From the NCBI RefSeq assembly GCF_000196355.1, contig NC_007614.1, forward strand, positions 1,800,001 through 1,832,000: a DNA stretch of 32,000 nucleotides, read 5' to 3'. The notes below the pieces were generated by a model. It did not search any database. It was not told the origin of the DNA and worked only from the letters and a program-made list of their open reading frames with translations. This stretch comes from Nitrosospira multiformis ATCC 25196. Its GTDB lineage: Bacteria; Pseudomonadota; Gammaproteobacteria; Burkholderiales; Nitrosomonadaceae. Shown in pieces: positions 26,210 through 32,000 of this stretch; position 1 is the stretch's first letter; every line of letters starts with the position of its first letter. The position numbers were made by a program, and so were the translations under genes.

Positions 26210-26257
26210 GGAGGCCAAGGCCTCCCCTCTCTCTATTCACAGTCCTGGATTTTCCAG
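26210..26257. other. Two adjacent perfect hairpins downstream of the NlpC/P60 gene
   Basis: GGAGGCCAAGGCCTCC (26210-26225) is a 16-nt perfect palindrome. CCTGGA-ttt-TCCAGG sits at 26243-26257. Neither has a canonical U-tract on either strand. Confidence 0.4.
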
Positions 26258-26306
26258 GGCAATGATGAAGCGGTAATATAACAGCGGAAACAACAGGAAG
26301 AGTTTC

Positions 26307-26822
26307 TTACATATCCAGCCGCTTCGCTTTCCAGTAGGCGGATTTCCAGTAGCCCTCGTTCAATCCTGAAATGGTCACCCCATAGGTGCTTGAAGCATGG
26401 AGAAATCTGCCTTCTTCGATATAGACCCCTACATGCCGGCCCCTCCAGCCTGTCTTGAAAAAAACAAGATCTCCCGCTCTCAGTTCGCTTTTACCGACAC
26501 TCTCTCCCAGTTGCGCCTGGAACTCGGTCGAGCGCGGCAATATCACACCCAGCTTGGTCTTGAATGTCACCTGAACGAAACCGGAGCAGTCGATGCCGTT
26601 CTTGCTCATGCCGCCAATCCGATATCGGGTATGTTTCCACTGGTTGTACTGCTCATACAGCATTTTCTTCACCAGTGACGTCTTCTCAAGATCTACCTTG
26701 GCTCCGGGTGCATGAGTAATTCCGGGTGCATGGGTAACTTTCTTGCCCTTTTCCGGTATGCTGCTGCATCCGACCAATCCAATGGTCAGAGGGACAATCA
26801 TGAACCAGATGCTTTTTTTCAT
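26307..26822 (-). CDS. NlpC/P60 family peptidoglycan endopeptidase lipoprotein (Spr/MepS-like)
   Basis: Start is ATG at 26822 (MKKSIWFMIVPLTIGLVGC|SS lipobox). The catalytic motif GIDCSGFV and ..GDLVFF..HVGVYI.. are present. Confidence 0.9.
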   Translation of the reverse strand: MKKSIWFMIVPLTIGLVGCSSIPEKGKKVTHAPGITHAPGAKVDLEKTSLVKKMLYEQYNQWKHTRYRIGGMSKNGIDCSGFVQVTFKTKLGVILPRSTEFQAQLGESVGKSELRAGDLVFFKTGWRGRHVGVYIEEGRFLHASSTYGVTISGLNEGYWKSAYWKAKRLDM

Positions 26823-27033
26823 AGCACCCCCAATTTTCACGTTATTGTTTTCCCATGCGATATTCCGCAAGGCTAGTAAGTATTATGGGCAGCGGCACGA
26901 GAGCCGCTCTGATGCTCCTCCTTAAGGCATCGAATTCCAGGACATTGCTTGTCAGCTTATCAATATCGAAGACGGGGCGCTTCTTCCATTATCAAAGATA
27001 GCAAGGCGGAAAATATCGGACAACGCTTATGTT

Positions 27034-27411
27034 TCAAGAAATCTTGTAATCAACCGTCAGCATTTCCAGCAGATGCCCGGCGGGATCGCGGAAATAGACG
27101 CCGCGCCCGCCGTCGTTATGGTTGATACTCATGTTTTCGGGATCGAAAGGGCCGCTGCCATACTTGATGTTCTCCGTTTTCAACCTGTTGAAGATCTCGT
27201 CGAACTCCTGCTCCGTTACCTTGAATGCATAATGGTTCGAATCGAATTTTTCCCGGTTATCGAAATCCAGAGAAAGTGTGTCGTTCACTTTCACCACAAT
27301 GAAATGAGAAAACGGGCCGACATACCGGAAACCGAATATTCTCGAATAGAACCGTGCGGATTCCTCCTTGTCGCGCGCCGGTACGATGGTGTGATTGAGG
27401 GTGATGGCCAT
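27034..27411 (-). CDS. VOC (glyoxalase/bleomycin-resistance/dioxygenase) family protein
   Basis: Start is ATG at 27411 with a GGAGGAATTC RBS. MAITLNHTIVPARDKEESARFYSRIFGF.. to ..YFRDPAGHLLEMLT. Confidence 0.8.
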   Translation of the reverse strand: MAITLNHTIVPARDKEESARFYSRIFGFRYVGPFSHFIVVKVNDTLSLDFDNREKFDSNHYAFKVTEQEFDEIFNRLKTENIKYGSGPFDPENMSINHNDGGRGVYFRDPAGHLLEMLTVDYKIS

Positions 27412-27508
27412 GAATTCCTCCGAGGGGTGGTTGGCAGAGGTTGCTCGTTCAGATTCGGCAGCGCTTCCGGATTCCACTGCCGATTGCTGCCAAAAATGCA
27501 GACAAGGT

Positions 27509-28852
27509 TCAAGGCCTCTGGAAATCGTACAGCGAACCAAATCCCAGTATAGTCGTCAGTTCGTCCAATGCAGCACGGCTCTCCTGCAGGAGAGCCGGAT
27601 CACCCAGATCAGTTGGTGAAAGGCACTCGCGGTAATGCTTTTCGATCCATGCCTTGAGGTCATTGTAGAGGCACTCATCAAGAATCACGCGGCTGTTTTC
27701 CTGCACAGCATCAAGTTCCGGTTCGGTTAGCACGACACGAAGTCGCAGGCAGGCAGGCCCTCCTCCGTTTTTCATGCTTTGACGCAAATCTACATACTCG
27801 ACATGCGCAATGGGATTAGCGGCATCCTGCACAACGCGTTCGAGAAAGTTTCTGGCAGAATGAGAGTCCCGGCACTCCGAGGGCGCGAGGATCATCATCT
27901 CGTTACCGGGAAGAGTAAGAAGCTGGGCATTAAAGAGATAAGTCCTCACCGCCTCGGCAAGCGTGACATCTTCTTCCCCAGTCCTGATGAAGTGGATCGG
28001 CCAGTCGCATGCCTTTGTAATTCTAGCTTCGGTTTCCTCCCAATCCCGGTATGCCGCTTCGTGGTAAAACAGGACATCGCAGTTTGCCACCGCCAGCACG
28101 TCGTTATGAAACGCCCCTGCATCGATGGCCGCAGGGCCTTGCTGCACGAACAATTCCTTTCCACGCTTGATTTGGTGCAACCTTGCAACCGCTTCGCTGG
28201 CCTCCAGCGACTGGCGTGCAGGAAATCGCAGCGGCTTGGGAATATCGCGGCTGGCAGAGCGGCCAAAGACAAAAATCTCCACCCCGGGTTCACCGTGCCT
28301 TGGGCAGAGACGCATGTGGTTGGCAGCCCCCTCATCTCCAAAATAAAGATTGGACGGCAGGGGATCGTGGTGCACAAAATAGCGCTCATTACTGAACACC
28401 CGTTTCAAAACGGCACTGGTAACAGGCGCCTCGATGCTTCGATGAAATTGCGAGGGTAGATTGGCAGCCGTAAGATGCACCTTGCCATCCTCGGTATCGG
28501 CGCTCGGCGAAACAGTGGCGGCGTTGGCCACCCACATGCTGGATGCGGACGAGCAGGCGCGCAGAAGGCCGGGAGCAACCTTTGCCGCGCACCGGATGAT
28601 GGTTGCATCCTCCCCGGTAAATCCCAGCTTTCGGAGCACCGAAACAGCTGGACGTTCCTGCGGCGGCAGAACGCCCTGCATGAGGCCGAGATCAGCAAGC
28701 CGTTTCATTTTTTCCAATCCCTGCAATGCCGCTTCGCGGGGATTGGAATTTGTCAGGGCACTCTCTGCAGAAGCGATATTTCCTACCGCCAGTCCACCAT
28801 AATTGTGCGTGGGCCCTACCAATCCGTCAAAATTGGCTTCGTAAGCGTTCAT
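27509..28852 (-). CDS. astB: N-succinylarginine dihydrolase
   Basis: Matches my recollection of E. coli AstB along the whole length: MNAYEANFDGLVGPTHNYGGL.., ..SSASSMWVANAATVSPSADT.DGKVHLT.ANL...FHRS.E.., ..GDEGAANH.., ..MKNGGGPACLRLRVVLTE... Confidence 0.9.
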   Translation of the reverse strand: MNAYEANFDGLVGPTHNYGGLAVGNIASAESALTNSNPREAALQGLEKMKRLADLGLMQGVLPPQERPAVSVLRKLGFTGEDATIIRCAAKVAPGLLRACSSASSMWVANAATVSPSADTEDGKVHLTAANLPSQFHRSIEAPVTSAVLKRVFSNERYFVHHDPLPSNLYFGDEGAANHMRLCPRHGEPGVEIFVFGRSASRDIPKPLRFPARQSLEASEAVARLHQIKRGKELFVQQGPAAIDAGAFHNDVLAVANCDVLFYHEAAYRDWEETEARITKACDWPIHFIRTGEEDVTLAEAVRTYLFNAQLLTLPGNEMMILAPSECRDSHSARNFLERVVQDAANPIAHVEYVDLRQSMKNGGGPACLRLRVVLTEPELDAVQENSRVILDECLYNDLKAWIEKHYRECLSPTDLGDPALLQESRAALDELTTILGFGSLYDFQRP

Positions 28853-28899
28853 TGCTTTGCAAATGGAGTATCGGAGTGCACTTTGTCGACGGAAGAATC

Positions 28900-29208
28900 T
28901 TAAGCCTGGGGCCGGGACCGCGCGGAATCTATTCCTTTTTTAACCGGAAGAAACGCGCTGGCGCAAGCCTGTTCGAGCCGCCGAGCCTTTTTTTCCAGCG
29001 CGCCCACCACCAGCTTCTGGACACGCCGGTGAGGAAGCGCCTCGCCCGCCGCCCAGCGCGAAACCGTGGACGGAGCAAATTCGAACTCGGCTGCAATGGC
29101 ACGCTGCGAAACTCCCGCAATATCGCCATGCTGAACCAGCCAGGAAAATTCGACCGCATCCCCGTTCCATTCGGCGCAAAGGTGCCGATACTGCTCTATT
29201 GTAACCAT
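28900..29208 (-). CDS. Small helix-turn-helix DNA-binding protein (Cro/CI-YdaS-like)
   Basis: HTH signature ..GVSQRAIAAEFEFAPSTVSRWAAGEALP... I prefer ATG at 29208 (MVTIEQY..), because the 29209-29313 extension is very AT-rich and looks like promoter sequence. Confidence 0.6.
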   Translation of the reverse strand: MVTIEQYRHLCAEWNGDAVEFSWLVQHGDIAGVSQRAIAAEFEFAPSTVSRWAAGEALPHRRVQKLVVGALEKKARRLEQACASAFLPVKKGIDSARSRPQA

Positions 29209-29488
29209 TACTTTCCGTACCTCATTAGCAAATCTCCAAAACATCCAACCGTGCAGCACGCAATTATTTATATATTCTTTTCTCTTTTGTGTCAAAACAT
29301 TATCTTGAGACATGCAATGGCCTGTTCAGAAATCACCTGAAGCCTACGGATTTGGCCACGGGATTGAATTCTGTGAAACAGATCCCATCTAACAGCCGCT
29401 ATTCCAGGAGGTGTCTGCCAGAATCTGTCGTAGCTCCTCCTTTTTCCTTTTTGCCATCGGAATATGACAAGCGCCACAGGAGAGCGAG

Positions 29489-30250
29489 ATGCCAGACACT
29501 ACTCATGCAACCATCCGGTCAGCACGCCTTGGAGATGTCGAGCACATATTGGCGGAATATCGGCAAGCCGTTGCAGAACTGCCGCGGGAAGAATCCGCAA
29601 ACCTGTTATGGCGGCCTTACGATGAATTCAAGGCCGCAGTCGAGAACGGTCTGTTTTTTGTCATAGAGAATGCCGTGGGTAGTTTCATGGCAGGGGCTGG
29701 TGTGTTCGACTTGCCAGGTTCGGTCGAAAAAGAACTGGGGATGTGTTACGTAAAAAAGGAATGGAGAGGCTATGGATTGCAGAACCTCCTTTTGCAAATC
29801 AGAATTTGCGCTGCGACACTGGGTCACGTTCCGGATAAAAGCGGAGAAGATGCCGCCACAAAAAGCTTTGCGGCGTTAATTACCGGAGTAAAGCCGGCCA
29901 ATGAACATTCTGCTGCCAATACTGAACGGCTTGGCTTCGAACCTCTCCCGACACCTCCATCGGCGTTGTTCAATGCCTGCGCTTCCTGCCGTACGCCTCC
30001 TGCCCGGGACTCAGGACGGAAGTGCTGCTGCGATTTTTTCTATCTGTCCGACGCCAGACGCGCGGAAGCCATCGAAAAAAGCCTGCAGATGGAAAACTGG
30101 AGTCGGACGCGAAACGGACATGGGCTTATCGTGGCATTGAAAATTCGCCACCTGCTGGACATCGATTTTCGCAATGCGCTGCATGATATTGTACAAGAAC
30201 TGCGCGCCCAGGAACCGCGGGTTCCAACGCCTGGAAAGCAAGTGAAATGA
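29489..30250 (+). CDS. GNAT-family N-acetyltransferase with a ~95-aa Cys-containing C-terminal extension
   Basis: AGGAGA RBS. GNAT motif A is ..GMCYVKKEWRGYGLQNLLLQI... The C-terminal part, ..FNACASCRTPPARDSGRKCCCDFFYL.., has no motif I recognise. Confidence 0.7.
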   Translation: MPDTTHATIRSARLGDVEHILAEYRQAVAELPREESANLLWRPYDEFKAAVENGLFFVIENAVGSFMAGAGVFDLPGSVEKELGMCYVKKEWRGYGLQNLLLQIRICAATLGHVPDKSGEDAATKSFAALITGVKPANEHSAANTERLGFEPLPTPPSALFNACASCRTPPARDSGRKCCCDFFYLSDARRAEAIEKSLQMENWSRTRNGHGLIVALKIRHLLDIDFRNALHDIVQELRAQEPRVPTPGKQVK

Positions 30251-30516
30251 GTTGGCTTCTTGAAGAATCTCATCCGGGATGCGGCATTTGGCTGGAGCCT
30301 TTGAGTCTGTCGATATCACTCCGGTGTTCTATGCGCTTTCGCAGAGAAAGGCAGGACACGTGCACGAGCGGTTTTTCTCGCTGTCACGGTTGCCTCTTCC
30401 CGCCCTTGCATAGTCGCCTCGCCAGCAAAATACCGTTCGAGATCCGGGGCTCATGCACCGGGAGGCAAACGGATCGTAGATATCGTGAATATTTTCCCTT
30501 TCAGCAAGGCTCCTGC

Positions 30517-31167
30517 TTACTCTGATTTGTTCTCCCCCCGGGCACCGGCGGGCTTGCGGTTGAAAGAACCCATTTCCGGAACGGATGGAAGATCTGTGAA
30601 GGTATGCGACAACACGAAGAGAAGGGTGTAGTCATTGTAGTAGGCATCCGCCAGGAAAGCAGAGGTCGAGCCAAGAAAATTCCCTGCTGGCAAGCCAAAG
30701 ACATTCAGGTGAAATTTCGCATATCCGGTCTGATACTGGGATTTGTAGAGCGCCAATTCCGGCAGCGAAAATGGAATGAACTGACTCTGGACCGGGGGCA
30801 TTCCCATGAATGTCCCCGACAATTCCGTTCCCAGGGCTTCCACGACCACGTCGACCCGATGCGTGGCATCCTTGCCGTCTTTCTGTACCAGATAACCTTG
30901 CTGGCCCAGCCATCCGGTTAAAACCTGCTGCAGAAAAGCCTGGTCGGGTGTCATTCCTACGGTGGTGATCGCCACGCCTGCTCCGCGGGGAATAGGCAGA
31001 AATTCTCCTGGCTCATTGGGAAAGCTTCTTTTTACTGCTTCACTCAGGAGGAGTTGTTCGACCGCTGTTCTTGATGATTGAGTGTTGCGCTGCATAGTCG
31101 AGCACCCGGCCAGCAGTATGATGGCGGTTGCCAAAGCAAGGGTTTGCAAGAAATCGATTGTTCTCAT
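30517..31167 (-). CDS. Lipoprotein of unknown function (216 aa)
   Basis: MRTIDFLQTLALATAIILLAGC|STM lipobox. The rest of the protein has no recognisable motif. Confidence 0.7.
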   Translation of the reverse strand: MRTIDFLQTLALATAIILLAGCSTMQRNTQSSRTAVEQLLLSEAVKRSFPNEPGEFLPIPRGAGVAITTVGMTPDQAFLQQVLTGWLGQQGYLVQKDGKDATHRVDVVVEALGTELSGTFMGMPPVQSQFIPFSLPELALYKSQYQTGYAKFHLNVFGLPAGNFLGSTSAFLADAYYNDYTLLFVLSHTFTDLPSVPEMGSFNRKPAGARGENKSE

Positions 31168-31253
31168 TTTCTACCCCGGTTTCTGCTACTGAAAGGAAGA
31201 ATGAAATAGAGAGCTATGAATACGAGCACACGCAAACAAGCGCAAGCCTGCGA

Positions 31254-32000
31254 TCAATCGCCTCGCGGCTTCCTCTCGCGATCGGCCCTGTTGGCGCGGG
31301 AAATGGCCGAAAACAGCCATATTGCCCCAATCGTTGCACAGGCAAAGCCGAGCAGACTGAAGAAAGGGACGCCCCATAGAGTGGGCCCGGTGGAAACTGC
31401 CATCACGACTGAGGAACCCACGATGACAGCGGCAACCACGATACCCACGACCAACCGGTTGACTGCACCGTCCAGTTGATCACCAACGTGTTTGAGATGC
31501 GCCACCTCGATATGAATATCCACTTTGCCCCGACGGGCGGAACGCAACAATCGCGAGAGATCGCGAGGCAGATTGCTTAGCAGGCTTGCCAGCTCGATCG
31601 CTGTGCGCCATCCGCGCTTTGCCATGGCGGCTGGCGCGTAACGGATAGCCATTGCATCCCGTAACAGGGGCAGTGCTTCGCCTGCGATATCCAGTTCCGG
31701 ATCGAGCTCTCTTCCTGTGCCTTCAAGCGTAATGAACGCCTTGAAAAAGAGCGCAAGATCGGGCGGCAGATGCAGCCGATGTCCGCGCAGGATGGCAACA
31801 AGATCTGCAAGCATGGAACCAAGCTTGAGCTGCTTTAGAGGAACGCCCAGATATTGATCGACAAACAGCTGGATTTCAGTCTTAAGCGCTTCTTCGTTGA
31901 CATCCCCCTCCCCGGTCCAGTCGAGCAACACACCGGCTACCGCGGCGGAATCATACTGAACCAACCCGAGTAAAAGATGAATCAGCTCTCCGCGCCGTGC
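31254..32000 (-). CDS. ABC1/UbiB-family atypical kinase, C-terminal part (5' end lies beyond the window)
   Basis: The frame is open to the window edge, so the ORF-track start at 31964 is an artefact. ..LPPDLALFFKAFITLEGTGRELDPELDI.. is followed by two C-terminal TM helices, as in UbiB/AarF-type proteins. Confidence 0.75.
   Translation of the reverse strand, partial: ARRGELIHLLLGLVQYDSAAVAGVLLDWTGEGDVNEEALKTEIQLFVDQYLGVPLKQLKLGSMLADLVAILRGHRLHLPPDLALFFKAFITLEGTGRELDPELDIAGEALPLLRDAMAIRYAPAAMAKRGWRTAIELASLLSNLPRDLSRLLRSARRGKVDIHIEVAHLKHVGDQLDGAVNRLVVGIVVAAVIVGSSVVMAVSTGPTLWGVPFFSLLGFACATIGAIWLFSAISRANRADRERKPRGD

Noticed and set aside
26210-26225. The GGAGGCCAAGGCCTCC palindrome as a canonical rho-independent terminator
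   Set aside because: There is no U-tract on the relevant (minus) strand, and a 2-nt loop is sterically poor. I kept it only as an unexplained palindrome.
27779-28459. 226-aa plus-strand ORF
   Set aside because: It is antisense to astB.
28900-30250. The HTH plus GNAT pair as a GNAT-toxin type II toxin-antitoxin module
   Set aside because: Known GNAT toxin systems have the antitoxin immediately upstream in the same operon and small (~170 aa) toxins. Here the genes are divergent, the HTH is co-oriented with astB, and the GNAT has a long extension.
1-32000. tRNA, rRNA, CRISPR arrays, integrons, and clear defence-system signatures (RT, nuclease/helicase/ATPase clusters)
   Set aside because: Reading both strands, I found no T-loop/acceptor-like tRNA signatures, no repeat-spacer periodicity, and none of the ORF translations show such domains. 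This was a by-eye scan only. A tRNAscan, Infernal or CRISPR-finder run would be decisive.

Overview
This window reads as a Gram-negative (proteobacterial-type) chromosomal segment. It is moderately GC-rich, most genes are on the minus strand, and it carries two insertion-sequence scars.

Gene content, left to right:
- 1-783: a gene of unknown function broken by a decayed IS5-family transposase remnant.
- 933-4142 (-): a large autotransporter adhesin containing a 4 x 204-bp tandem array.
- 4143-4934: about 0.8 kb with no intact gene.
- 4935-6623: a small LTxxQ-motif gene split by an IS3-family element (5355-6577). The element has a 4-bp GATC target duplication and an A-AAA-AAG frameshift site.
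- 6.7-17.2 kb: a run of single-function genes. These are a NodB-type deacetylase, an FMN reductase, an MDR oxidoreductase, a PA2169-type four-helix protein, lipoproteins, a DUF4399-like secreted protein with a 4-TM partner, an SRPBCC protein, an S33 hydrolase, a TPR protein and a YciI protein.
- 17278-19650 (-): tex.
- 19731-25917 (-): a six-gene mrp/pha cation:proton antiporter operon with a fused A/B subunit.
- 26.3-32.0 kb: an NlpC/P60 lipoprotein, a VOC protein, a stand-alone astB, a small HTH protein, a divergent GNAT with an unusual C-terminal extension, another lipoprotein, and a partial UbiB/ABC1 kinase gene running off the right edge.

I recognised no tRNA, rRNA or CRISPR array by eye.

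I do not see a clear-cut new multi-gene system. The most unusual loci are:
- the HTH-astB-VOC / GNAT module;
- the start-less secreted protein translationally coupled to the deacetylase;
- the phase-variation-like features of the autotransporter;
- the IS-associated decay zone at 4.1-6.6 kb;
- the palindromic element at 10.15-10.34 kb.

All functional calls rest on motif recognition from the translated ORFs. No database search or computation was run.
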